Shown piece after piece: positions 46,865 to 60,112 of a stretch of DNA of 64,000 nt. Numbering within the stretch: the stretch's first letter is position 1; each line of letters opens with the position of its first letter. The notes beneath the pieces are model-generated. The model saw nothing but the letters and a program-made list of their open reading frames with translations, made no database searches and was not told the DNA's origin. This DNA comes from Spizellomyces punctatus DAOM BR117. Taxonomy: Eukaryota. Made by a program: the position numbers and the translations under genes. Location of the stretch: assembly GCA_000182565.2 (NCBI GenBank), contig KQ257454.1; one strand, given 5' to 3'.

Positions 46865-47416
46865 ATGGCGGCTCATAGCTCCACCCTTCCCGCTTTACGT
46901 ACTGACGGTGTTCGGATAGAGCTTGTGGACCCGAGAAATGCGGCAAGCTATGAAGCTGGGTTGGCAGAGCTTCTGATTGACTGTGTGGATGGGGGTTCCA
47001 GCGTAGGCTTTCTGGCGGGCTTGACGCATCATGCAGCAGTAGATTGGTGGCATAAGCAATTGCAAAATCCAAATATACTTACCTGGGTGGCCGTGAATAG
47101 TGAGGGACAAATTCTTGGCACTGTTGGCCTCGCCCTTGCGCCGCAAGCCAATGGCAGGCATCGCGCTGAAGTTTGCAAGTTGTTGGTTCATCGGAATGGA
47201 CGCGGTCACGGATATGCTTCGGCTCTCATGTCTGCTTTAGAAGAAGAAGCCCGGAAACGATGCCGAACCGTGCTTGTTCTTGACACTGTAACCGGCAGTA
47301 CCGCTGAGCACATCTATCTACGGTGGGGTTGGCAGCGCGTCGGTGTCATTGAGGATTTTGCTGCTCTTCCTGATGGCCGTCTGTGGGCGACGACTGTATT
47401 TACCAAGAAGCTGTGA
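46865..47416 (+). CDS. GNAT acetyltransferase of bacterial Ttr (tabtoxin-resistance)-like type, intronless
   Basis: 'LAELLIDCVDGGSSVGFL', 'NGRHRAEVCKLLVHRNGRGHGYASALM', 'LVLDTVTGSTAE..Y...GWQRVGVIEDFAALPDG'. Confidence 0.85.
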   Translation: MAAHSSTLPALRTDGVRIELVDPRNAASYEAGLAELLIDCVDGGSSVGFLAGLTHHAAVDWWHKQLQNPNILTWVAVNSEGQILGTVGLALAPQANGRHRAEVCKLLVHRNGRGHGYASALMSALEEEARKRCRTVLVLDTVTGSTAEHIYLRWGWQRVGVIEDFAALPDGRLWATTVFTKKL

Positions 47417-47610
47417 TGACAAGTTATATAGTAATTGGTCTGCATAGATAGTTTCATCGTTGGTCCCCTATAGATATTGCAGATTTCAAGAGAATGACTT
47501 CTGATCAACTTCTGCTCCGTCTCCGCTGAGATCATGCAACAGATGGTTTGACGTGACACATAAAGCAAGCTGGTTTTATTATGTATATATTTTGACGATG
47601 GAGAACGCAT

Positions 47611-48566
47611 TTAAGCAACAAGTTCAACCTTGCCACCAGCCGCAACAATCTTCTCCTCAGCCTTCCTGCTCACGAAACGAGCTTTCACAATGAAGGGTAC
47701 TTCAGGGAGGCGACCCTTTCCAAGAACCTTAGAGTAACCCTAAAGAGCGAAGATGAAGCCTACGTAAATTCGTCGTTCGCGACAGCAAGCACAAAGACAT
47801 GATGAACTTACGTGACGAAGAACGTCAATGACGGGAACAGGGCCAGTGGGGTTGGCAGCAGCCTTCTCACGAGCCTCATCAGAGACCAAGGTCCAGAGCT
47901 TATCGACGTTGACCACAGGTGCCCATTGACTTTGGCGGGTCAAATGGAAGTGACGCATACCGACCTTTCCGAAGTACCCAGGGTGGAACATGTCCATGTT
48001 GATACGGTGGTGGTGCTGACCACCAGCAAGACCGCGACCTGTGAAAGTGGTGTCAACCCTTCTCGGCTCACTAAAAGATTCCAAAAACCTGTAACCTACC
48101 TCCGGGGTGCTTGCGGTGCTTCCCTATAATTTAGGCAGCAGGAAGTACACATCAGCAAGCTGTTCTTTCGGATTGACGAGAATCCCCATAATGGCCACTG
48201 CGACTGCCTCTCGCAAGTAACCAGGGGACAAAGCAAATCTACTAACCAACACGACCGTGACCAGCGGACACGTCTGGTAAAAAGACCAATATCAGACACT
48301 ATTTCGATAGACGAAAGTGCAAATGCGCCAGCTGTATACTTACGACCACGCTTCTTTCTGTTCTTGTGAAGACGGGAAGGCTAGAATGACCAACGAAACG
48401 TTCGGTAAGGTGTCAGTCAATGGTATCATTGGTATTGAAGTCGTTCCCCATTCGACCACGGTCCATCCATTTAATCATCCATCCATCCATCCGTTCATCC
48501 ATCTCGACAAGTCTTCCCATCCACCAATCCTCACTTCCTTCAGTAACCCAACAACCCACGTACCAT
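47611..48566 (-). CDS. RPL28: 60S ribosomal protein uL15 (yeast L28 / human L27a), multi-exon
   Basis: '[61 protein letters not shown]', 'KVLGKGRLP'. Confidence 0.96.
48462..48501. repeat. Imperfect (ATCC)n microsatellite in the first RPL28 intron
   Basis: tccatccatttaatcatccatccatccatccgttcatcca. Confidence 0.6.
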
Positions 48567-48806
48567 CTTGATGTATTGACCGGAGCGATCTGACGGGAGA
48601 TGCTATGCGGCAGTGGACACAGAACGATTTCAACTTCTTCCGCTTTTCATTGCCGAATGTGCTTCTCATCACGTGAATATAAGTCACGTGGAAATCATTT
48701 CTATGACAACAGTGGGAGTCAGCCATCGCCATCTCGCATTTCCGGCGTCACCCGGCCGACTGTTGCAGATTCACAGTGTCCTCAATTTATTACGAGCCCT
48801 ATCAGA

Positions 48807-49876
48807 ATGTCTCTCAACCGAGTTCTTGTTCCTGTGAAGCGTGTGGTGGACTACGCTGTCAAGATTCGCGTGGCAGGTGGAAAGGTTGACACCAATGTCA
48901 AGGTAAAGCAAAAGCATGCCATTTTCGAATGTTTGTCAACCTTCTGAGAATGATTGCCCATCCAGCACTCTATGAACCCGTTCGATGAGATTGCGATCGA
49001 AGAGGCTGTTCGCTTGAAGGAGAAGAAGCTGGCAAAAGAAGTCATTGCCTTGACAGTTGGTCCCAGCAAGTCGAATGAGACGCTACGGACGGCTTTGGCG
49101 ATGGGTGCTGATCGAGGTGTTCATATTGAGGTTCCGGAGGGGAGCGAGGTGTTACCTTTGCAGGTACAAACGGGAGCAGATATACGCGCTGCATAATGGA
49201 ACGCTAAAGCGAATTCATACGGGGTAACCCTAGGTGGCCAAATTGATCAAGGCTGTAGCAGAGAAGGAGAAGCCAGAGCTTTTGTTGCTGGGCAAACAAG
49301 CCATTGACGACGATAGCAGTCAGACAGGGCAGATGCTTGCAGGATTATTGGGATGGCCTCAGGTATGTACGGGTCATATGCGTGTTCCAGTAGCCAAAAC
49401 GTTAACCACATGCTCCACAGGCCACGTTTGCTTCCAAAGTCGAAGTTGCTGGGGACAAGCTGACGGTAACACGAGAGGTAGACGGTGGTTTGGAGACAAT
49501 CGCCTCAAAGTTGCCAGCTGTGGTCACAACCGATCTTCGGTATGCATGCAAAAGATCATTTCGACGCGGGCCAAGTTTAACACATCTGTACAGATTGAAT
49601 GAACCCCGCTATGCCACCTTGCCAAACATTATGAAAGCCAAGAAAAAGAAGGTGGAAAAGCTGACACCGAAAGATTTGGGAGTCGATGTAACACCTACTA
49701 TTGAGACTGTGAAAGTAATCGAGCCACCCAAGCGAGCGGGCGGAATCAAGGTTGAGAGTGTAGATGAGGTGCGCTATCCTGAGACGCGGAGGGATCAGCT
49801 GTATCGACTCGTAGGGCTAACTTTATTTTAACCTTAGCTGCTTTCAAAGCTCAAGAACGAGGCGCGTGTGTTGTAA
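48807..49876 (+). CDS. ETFB: Electron transfer flavoprotein beta subunit
   Basis: '[18 protein letters not shown]', '[18 protein letters not shown]', '[12 protein letters not shown]', 'GKQAIDDD', '[21 protein letters not shown]'. Confidence 0.96.
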
Positions 49877-50442
49877 TCATCCGCCATTTGAGAAATAGAT
49901 GCGATTACAATACCTGGGAACATATGTCATTCATGAATCTTTGTTGAGGTCTTAATAGATGTTGAGGTTTCCATTTCCCCATACTTGCACTTTGGTCGAT
50001 CGATACTTGGACAATCTAACTATTGTAAGCTTTTGCAGCCCTGGTACCTAGCAGATTTGCCAATGATGAATGAAAGCATTTTCAACTGCACTCCTTTTAG
50101 CAGTCTTGAAACTGGCTGGATATTCACTGACATTAACAGGTAGAAATCGCGGGGTAACCCCCCCCCCCCCCCCCCGCGTGGTTGATATAGCAACAACCAC
50201 CTAAAGAACACGTGTCCGGCAATTGGATCAGCAGGGGATGGCTGGGAGAACGCCCAAGTGTGAAATTCTTCCCCTCGTCGGAACGGAAAACAAGCGAGAC
50301 CTAATTCGAATGGGCGATCCTTCGGAAGCCGGCATTCTTTCAAATATAGAAGAACTCAGTACACACCTGCTACATGCAACCACACACGGTACGATACGAC
50401 CATCGCAAGGCCTAGGCGCCTAATTTACGTACAACGGACAAA

Positions 50443-51168
50443 ATGCTTTTCAATTCTACGTTGATCGCCTCAGAGCGTCTCGCAATTGCTGCTCGGTTGA
50501 AATCAGTTGATAGTGGACTGTTGCCATGCAGCTATATCACCGCGGCTATTGCTTGTACCGCCATTCTGACTGTGGGTATCCTTATTGCATTTTTCTGTGA
50601 GAAGAAATCTGCCCTTGCGGAGGAGGGAGAACAATGGAAACGGACGGATGGTAGCAACAAGCCGTCGAATGCAACTCTCCCGTTCGATACAAAAACAATA
50701 CATACGCCAATACAAACACCAAAGAAGAATAGACCAATATTCACCCGGCACTGCACACCAGTGGTTTACCCCACTGTGAAGGTGCCACCATCACCATCCC
50801 CACTGTATGATATTGACATTGACGAAGCAATTTTGCGCTCGCCATCAGTGTCTACGTCAGCCCTGCTGTTAAGCGAAGATTGCGTGGCTAGCCCCCCTCT
50901 CTCGGTAACAAAGCGTCTCGCAACCCTTGTCACGACCCCGGCTAAATCCGTATGGCGCGCTCTGAGGCACTCGGAGCCTGATGCGAGCCCGTTTGGTCCG
51001 TGCTACTCTCCAACAACTGCTGCGTCACCCATTTTAGAGGCGGAAACGCATGGGGCCTGGCTGGAAGATGAGGAGAACGATAATTTGGAAGGAATACCTG
51101 TGAGACGAATTGACGAGTTTTTGCGTACAGGGTTAGATGATACGGAGGAAATTTGGGATATTCGATGA
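50443..51168 (+). CDS. Hypothetical protein with one N-terminal TM segment and a Ser/Pro-rich tail
   Basis: 241-aa intronless ORF, A-rich start context, hydrophobic 'ITAAIACTAILTVGILIAFFC'. Confidence 0.55.
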   Translation: MLFNSTLIASERLAIAARLKSVDSGLLPCSYITAAIACTAILTVGILIAFFCEKKSALAEEGEQWKRTDGSNKPSNATLPFDTKTIHTPIQTPKKNRPIFTRHCTPVVYPTVKVPPSPSPLYDIDIDEAILRSPSVSTSALLLSEDCVASPPLSVTKRLATLVTTPAKSVWRALRHSEPDASPFGPCYSPTTAASPILEAETHGAWLEDEENDNLEGIPVRRIDEFLRTGLDDTEEIWDIR

Positions 51169-52172
51169 GCTGCAGAGAAGAATGCATGTAGATTTTTTTA
51201 ATTTGGTTTATTTGTACAGATCGATCCTAATGAATGCAAAGCTCTTCTTTAATAATACTCGCAAATATGTTGCTTGGTCGCGTCTACTTTTGTCATTTCC
51301 CTAGATATAATCATATCGCATAATCAGCACCCCCTCTATTGCTCAAAACGGTGTGGCATGTATTGTAATGTTTTTTTTTTAAACTGCGGTGAGGCGCATG
51401 TCAAAGGTCTATAAAAGGGGGGCCTTTTGCTGTCTCTTCCCTCTTTACCCATCCTCGACTCTTGAAGCATCTGCCCAACGCTCACGCAGCACTCTCAAGT
51501 CCACCATGAGAATACTGCTCTGGTGCCGAGGACCTCGCCCTCCCGACAAAAACAACATAACGCCTTGCAAACGCTGCTACTACTATACTGCTACGATTGC
51601 AGGTATGCATTATCTTTATGATTGTTCCCACGCGTATTCCTCAGTCTAAGTCTGACTTTACTAGTATCTGAACATCCTCCGACTAAAGAATTTCGGAATC
51701 AAGGGCTTAGTACGATTTCTCTCGTGTGGTGGGCTTAGTTACCCGGTTAGAACAACCGTGATGTTATCGCATGTGTAATTAGGCCTAGTGGTAGTTAGTT
51801 AGTGGAATCGAGACGTTAATGCGGCAAGGACATGAACGAGAACAACGGAGAACGCCCTTGCTGCTTTGCACGTACCCCAGTTCAACCCAGGCTGGAACCT
51901 GTAGCGAGTTAGGATAGGGGTGGGACTCATTTGCAGGATAGGTTATGAAGGGTTGGACAGGCTGGCTAATTGTACATTAGAACCGGTTGTAGTGGGTTGG
52001 AGGGAGAATGTGTCCCTAGTGACATTTTCTACCACCTGCACACTAATGATAGATATGAGGTTAATTGAGCGGTACTGCGCATATGATCGCTGTCATGGCA
52101 ACAATGGATATATGGACCTGTTTGTCAGCATGATAGCTTCGATTGAACTAGCTTCTCCATTCGAATATATAC

Positions 52173-52910
52173 ATGACAATGACAAGTCCGTCAACCCCAC
52201 CGAATACTCTGAAGACTCCTCTAAAGACGCAGTTTGCCGTGGATCTCCACTGCGAATCATGCGTCAAAACCGTCAAAACCGCACTTTCACCACTGAATGG
52301 CATTAGATCCCTCGACATTTCGGTTCCAAACAAAACAGTCACTATAGAAGCCACAACACCTCCCTCTCTACTTTTTCGCACACTCCGTTCAACTGGACTG
52401 AACACCGTCCTTCGTGGGCAATCGTCATCCGCACAACACCTCGGTGCTGCTGTCTGTATCTTTGAGTCGTTCCCTGGTGCGAAAGGCTGGGCTCAGACCA
52501 ATAACAAGGGCCTCGCTAGGATGGTGCAAGTGGATGATGAGACATGTTTAGTGGATGTAACAGTGGATGGGATGCCACCCGGTGAACTCTCGGTCTCGCT
52601 GCACGAATGCGGAGATATCAGTGGCGGCTGCGAGAGTACGGGAAAGGCCCTCAAAGAATTTGGTAAGCTGCTTGTGGATGCGAGCGGGAGAGGGGATCTG
52701 GTAGTAGAGAGTGGAGATGTAAAGGTTTGGGACGTCATTGGGAGATCTATCGTTTTGGAAAAGTTGCAAAGTTCGAAGCAGTCTGGAGTCCCAAAGAGCG
52801 ATTCCGTGTGTGGTATTATAGCCCGATCAGCTGGAGTGTTTGAAAACCCCAAGACAGTGTGTTCATGTAGCGGGAAGACTTTATGGGAGGAATCAACGGC
52901 ACATATCTAA
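52173..52910 (+). CDS. CCS1: Copper chaperone for superoxide dismutase
   Basis: HMA 'FAVDLHCESCV', SOD-like middle domain 'HECGDISGGCESTG', C-terminal 'IARSAGVFENPKTVCSCSGKTLWEE'. Confidence 0.95.
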   Translation: MTMTSPSTPPNTLKTPLKTQFAVDLHCESCVKTVKTALSPLNGIRSLDISVPNKTVTIEATTPPSLLFRTLRSTGLNTVLRGQSSSAQHLGAAVCIFESFPGAKGWAQTNNKGLARMVQVDDETCLVDVTVDGMPPGELSVSLHECGDISGGCESTGKALKEFGKLLVDASGRGDLVVESGDVKVWDVIGRSIVLEKLQSSKQSGVPKSDSVCGIIARSAGVFENPKTVCSCSGKTLWEESTAHI

Positions 52911-53559
52911 GTTAGGAGTAGATCTAGTATATAGCATACCATAGCGCCGCCCTGTTTTGCATCGCCCGGGTGACAAGTAATGAACATACTCAAGTAACAT
53001 CTAGAAATTCATCCGCGGTCTCGTATTTTCATCTGCCCTATATCTCTGGCCCGTAGCATATGTCCCAAATGCGGAAGAGGCTACTTTGAATCTTCCCCGT
53101 ATCCGATCAAGCGATGTAACTGGGTCTGGTCCCTCAGAGTCGTGTGTGTTTTCAAGCGGGAAGTCCTGTGCCTGTGCTCTCAGCAGCTGAACAGCCTTCA
53201 TACCTCTGAAGAAGAGGTCTTAGTATCCAGCTACAATGGAAATGAGCTGATCACGGTCCGCCAAACTTACCGGTCTGACGTCTCTACGAATCCTTTCTGT
53301 GCCGCTTCGGCCCACATTTTTGCAGCACCGAAATAGAATCCTGCCTCACGTGCCATTTCAAACCCACGTTCAGTCCCAGCTACTCTTCCTTCGGTATGCC
53401 CAGCATGTATCCCATCTCGCAACCCATCCTCACGGCCCAGCTCCTCGAACCTTGAATGAGCGAATCAAAAATAACAGCTCCATCAGTAAAAGGCATAGTC
53501 CTAGAGACGCCTCCCACAAAATGCAACAGTGGGCTAGGACTGATCTTATCGTATAAAAA

Positions 53560-54884
<1,325 letters not shown>

Positions 54885-55018
54885 TTCGTAGCGTTCTGGG
54901 AGATGAAAGCGAACACCAAGCTAACCTGTGGGTTTGAATGACTGCATCGGGCTTGTTGCCGTGGAAACCCATATAGATCTTGGTATTCAAGAGCATTTCT
55001 CTGGAAGTGTTCAACATC

Positions 55019-56495
55019 ATGGTATGTGCTAAATAGAACTATCGACTTGCGTTTTCAGTTTCTCTCTGATGCTCAGTGCCGACCATATTCGTCGTTTTCG
55101 TTTTCTTTAGGCTGATACGCCGCTCCCAATATGCTACGACTCGCAAGTTTTTACGCTGTCCTTCCACCCAAATGAAAACATTGTTGCTGCTGGACTGATC
55201 ACGGGAGAGGTTTTTTGGTATAGTATTCCACCATGACAATAAGAAATTTCAGCATACTCGTACTGACGCCTTGTCCAAAGTCACAGATATGAGGCAGGAG
55301 TAGCACCAACGGAGGTCGTTCGGTCTAAGCACCACAAAAAGAGTTGTCGTGCGTTAGACTTCAGTGCGGATGGGTCAGGTGTGTCATTGCAGCTGGTATT
55401 GTGCCTAGTCTGCATTAGTGTAACTCCTTGGCCACTATAGTACTGTTTACAGGTTCGAAGGATAAGAGTCTGCAAGTGCTTGATATTGAAACAGGCAAGG
55501 TCACGTTGCGCAAGCCTAATGCACACAGGTATGATTTGTTGACGACTAATTGTATTAGCATCCACTTTCTAATGTACCGGGCGTCCGACTGCAGTGAACC
55601 ACTCAATGCATTACTGACATTGAGTGATCACTTGCTGGCATCTGGAGATGATCAAGGGTGCGTTAAAGTATGGGATACCCGACAGCGAAAAGTTGCCATG
55701 AAGTACCATGAAAATGTCGATTTTATTTCCGATATGTCATTTGTTGAGCACAAAAAGACCTTACTTGCTACCGGTGGGGACGGCTGCCTCTCCATCTTCG
55801 ACATCCGCAAGTCGAAACCTGTAGCTGTGTCAGAAAACCAAGATGACGAGCTGCTTTGTGTTGAGGTTGTGCGAAACACGACCAAGGCGGTTGTCGGAAC
55901 GCAGGATGGAGTCCTCCTTTTATTTTCTTGGGGGGATTGGGGTGACTGTACGGATCGATTTCCTGGCCATCCATCTAGTGTAGATTCTATAGTGAAGGTG
56001 GATGATTCGACGATCATGACCGCATCAGGGGACGGGATCATTCGGGCTATTGGGATATTGCCAAATCGGTTGGTAGGTGCCGTAGGTGATCATGGAGATA
56101 TGCCTATTGAGCGGATCCGGTTAACGAGGGATGGGACTTGGGTGGGAACATGCTCGCATGATTCTACGGTTAGATTTTGGAGTGTAGAAGAAGCGCTAAG
56201 GGAGGACGAAGAAGATGAAGTGGCCGAAGAACAGGATCTTACCGCGCAGGATAACGGGGACAAGGATAAGGACGATCAGAGCGAAAATGAGGACGATGCC
56301 GTCGGCAATAGTACCATAGAGGCATCTCCAGAGCCAATCGGCAGTAAGCGAACAAATCCGAATGCTTCATCTGATGAGGACAGCTCTGACGAAGAAACGA
56401 AGGAGAGGCAACGGAAAAAGAAGCCTAAAAAGGCCAAGAGAGGAATAGGGGGCGTCAAGAAGGCCAATGCAGCTTTCTTTGCCGACATTGATTGA
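55019..56495 (+). CDS. WDR55: WD40 protein Jip5/WDR55 (ribosome biogenesis)
   Basis: WD repeats, 'SENQDDELLC', 'WGDWGDCTDRFPGHPSSVD', acidic/basic tail ending 'FFADID'. Confidence 0.88.
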
Positions 56496-56638
56496 TGCGA
56501 TGGCCGCAGGGCTTTTCACAATCACGACATTAATCATATTTACATGGTTGAGAACCTATTTCCCTAGCGCGTCGGATTTCGAATTGCAGCAATACCTGCC
56601 CTCTCCTAAGCTACGCTATAACAACCCCTATTTAAATA

Positions 56639-57307
56639 TCAATATACTCCGGCTCCTCCTTTGATGGCACGCAGAGGTTGTGCTTTTACTCTTGGCCAAT
56701 CGATTGTTTCATCCGTCTCAGTGTCGACCTGTCCAATTGCCGCACTAGAGCAGCATCTGTCATAACACTGCGGATGCAGGAAACGAAGAAAACAATGTTG
56801 TGTGCTTACACGTTATGTCCCCGTATAATGTACAACCCAAGTGGCACTTCTTCCACGCCCTCATCACCGAATACTCGTTCCGACGAACCGGATAGAATTA
56901 CGTTGGTAATTTGATCAAAACCTTTAAGTGTCCCCTGTATCGCAAATTCTGGGGTAAGCTGAATATCCTTATTGGCAACTGTCGCGACTGTTCCAACGGC
57001 ATCGTATAGAAGTAAGGAAAGTCTAACCCCAGGATCGTCCATTCATCCTCGGGCAACCTGTTCACTTAGAGCGTTCATCCGTGACACACCCAGAGGACTA
57101 TACGTGCGAGGAAGTGCTAGGCATCTGGTTCCAAGCATGGTTTATTCTGAAGTGCTGCTCTGCTCACCATAATTACTCTTCCATCGGAGGTCAGAACCGC
57201 CACAGTTTCTAGATGTAAGATCAATATGGTCATTATTTTGATGCCCGTTTCATTATAAAACCAGCCAATAACTGCGTACGATTTATATACTGCTGTAGGT
57301 CTGCCAT
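56639..57307 (-). CDS. LSM8: U6 snRNA-associated Sm-like protein Lsm8 (4 exons)
   Basis: 'VAVLTSDGRVIM|GTLKGFDQITNVILSGSSERVF..GVEEVPLGLYIIRGHNV', 'IDWPRVKAQPL'. Confidence 0.92.
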
Positions 57308-57468
57308 GACGATCGTCGGATCTCAATTCACAACAAACTCCCATGCAAAGCACACTCAAGGAATGGAATGGTCATAGCACGTGCTTCCCGTGACGTATAG
57401 GCACAGTCATGGACAACGCTGGATGACTTCGCACACTCGACCGACGTTTGGTCCTGGCAAACACAACA

Positions 57469-59875
57469 ATGTCAGCAGCAAACGAGAGATCCTCGCCAGT
57501 TAACAATTCAGACTCCCGAGCTGGAACTCCTGGAGCACAAGGAGGAAGTTCCATTAAATTATCATTTGGAGCGAAAAAGACGGCCACAGTTGAGCGGCGA
57601 ATAGGGACGTTTGACCGTCACGACGGAGTGGGTGGTTATCGGAGTACTCAAGCTGTGGATGAAACTATTACAGAAATTTCTGGGTTTGAGCTGAAAGGGT
57701 ATGTATGTCCGATGTGAAGCATAATTTTCACCGCGTTGAAATTTCATTGAATTCTTGAATAGGACAACTGTCGCGGAGCCAAAGGGTCCACTCGTAATAC
57801 CTCTTATCAAAACAAACCAATGGCGAAATTATGCAGGAAGCTCGGCATCTTCAAAATCAGATACGGACGAAGGGAAAAGAGAACCGAATCGTAGTCAATC
57901 TCCGGCACTACCCGTATCTTCGGTTGCAGATCCCATTGTTGAGGAGCGCGGAGGTGAACAAAAACAGGATTCTGTCAGAGATCCGGCAGAAGATGGATCA
58001 AAGTGGGGCTTGCAGATTCGAAAAAAGCGAAAAGTAGTCGAGACCACATCGTCTACATCATTGCCGACTCAAGTGACACTGCGAGACTCGGAGGAAATTG
58101 AATCAGCAGAAATGTCCAAGGCTCCTGCTGTGAATATGACTGTGGAGGAGGAAGCATTGGCCGCAGTATTAAAAGGTAAACTTACTCCCGTTAGCGTGTA
58201 ACGGTGTGCCTTGTCGCTAATGCCATGCCACGACTCCATCTAGATGCCAGCGGCGAGCAGGACGATACACAACCGCGCCTTCACACATTGCCTATTCTGG
58301 CGCAGAATTCTGTGCCTGGACTAGATGAAATCGAAGATGCAACCGAAAAGTACCGCCATGATGTGAATCTAAGACCAGCCGAGGTACACCACAATGTTGA
58401 GATGTGACATGCCTTGGCCGTACGGACCTAATTGTTATTCGGTTGTTCCTGATAAATAGGCAACACTGGATGATTATGAGCGGGTGCCCATAGAAGAGTT
58501 TGGTATGGCTATGCTGAGAGGAATGGGATGGGAAAAGGGAAGACCTGTCGGCAAGAACCCCAACGGGTAGATGTTTTCTCTCTATTGTTTCGAGGTGAAG
58601 ACAGCAATTTACGCTAATTAATCATAGCTTGATTGAACCAATCGTCAACAAACCGCGACCACATCTTCTTGGATTAGGCGCAACACCAGCTCCGCCAACC
58701 GAGGTCAAACAAAAAAAGTACATTAAACCCGGCGAAAAGCGGCAACCAGACGTAAGTCCCATGCAACAGAGTTTGCGCAAGACTCTGTATTGTTGTCGTA
58801 TCCCATGTCCTATCTTGGTTTGTAATTTTACCTACTCCAGCCTTTAGCGGAAACTCCCGCTCAACCTATTAATCGAGATGTACCCCGAAGTCGTAAGGAG
58901 AAGGAGAGAGAACGTACACCTCCACGAGAAGGTTGTATCACTTTGTTCAATGGTAAATGATTGTCGCCTCGAGACTGATACTGTCAAATATCTTGTTTTC
59001 TCTGTGGCTCAGCACCATTACGTGTAAACGACGCCGTGCTCGTGACTGTGGGCAGACATGAAGGCCAGGAAGGAACCATTGTGGAAATAAAAGAGCGATC
59101 GTCAGGGACCGTGGTGAAAGTCCAGTTGAATAACACTCAGGAGGTGGGTCCACTGGGGCTTGATGAGCGACAACTACTCTTTCTAACGTAACTAAACGCT
59201 GGTTTAGATTGCACGAGTATGGTTAGAAGATATCCGACGCCTTCCTCCACGCGGACACACTTCAACAGGCAAAAAACGCGATGTTGATGGAAATGCGCGA
59301 CGCAGCTCTTCACATTCTTCATCACCGGCTCCTAAACGGTCATGGCTACGACCACGAATAAGAGTGGTAGGTTCCTTTCCAGGCAGGAATTACGTGGACG
59401 CCCCTATTGAGCCTTGCATTCGTTACTTTACATAGCGGGTTATAAGCAAATCATTAGGCAATGGCAGATACTACAATCACAAAGGCACAATCCAAGACGT
59501 TTTTACTGCTGGAGAGTGCGTACTGCGACTGGACTCTGGAGAACTTTTAGAAGGTGCGCTCCATGCTGCCTTGATCCCATAGCCTTCTCACTGATTGGTC
59601 CTTTTAAGGAGTGAAAGATCGACATGTGGAAACAGTCATCCCAGCAGTTGGACATCTTGTCTGTGTCGTCCAATGTACAGACGCGGAACACATCGGACAG
59701 GTGGGACGACTAAAAGAACGGGATTCGGAAAGAGAGCGAGCTGTGGTGGAGATGGAAACGTCTTTTGAGTACCTGGTGAGAGTTTTTTTGTGACCGCTTG
59801 CTGTGATGGTCTGTCAATTGATGACTATTTCTGTAGACCTTCACGTATGATGAGATTGCAGAATTTGTAGAGTGA
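57469..59875 (+). CDS. GPKOW: G-patch and KOW splicing factor (Spp2/GPKOW), multi-exon
   Basis: 'PLVIPLIKTNQWR', 'ATLDDYERVPIEEFGMAMLRGMGW', 'PRPHLLGLGA', KOW-region 'WLRPRIRVRVISK', 'HVETVIP'. Confidence 0.88.
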
Positions 59876-60112
59876 AGTGTGATGGCAGTCTGTAAACAGT
59901 AGCCGGGTGAATCAAGTTTGCGCAAATATAGTGCTGGCCAACTCTGGTATTGTGACTCGAGAAACCCATTAGAAAAAAAGGAGATTGCGAAAACACTGAG
60001 GATGAGATAACCATATTTAAGACTCGAACACACTACATGCCACCCAAACTCATAAACCACCCATGAATAAAGCTCGCAACACCCCAATGAATTCCCAAGA
60101 CCGCTTACTAGT

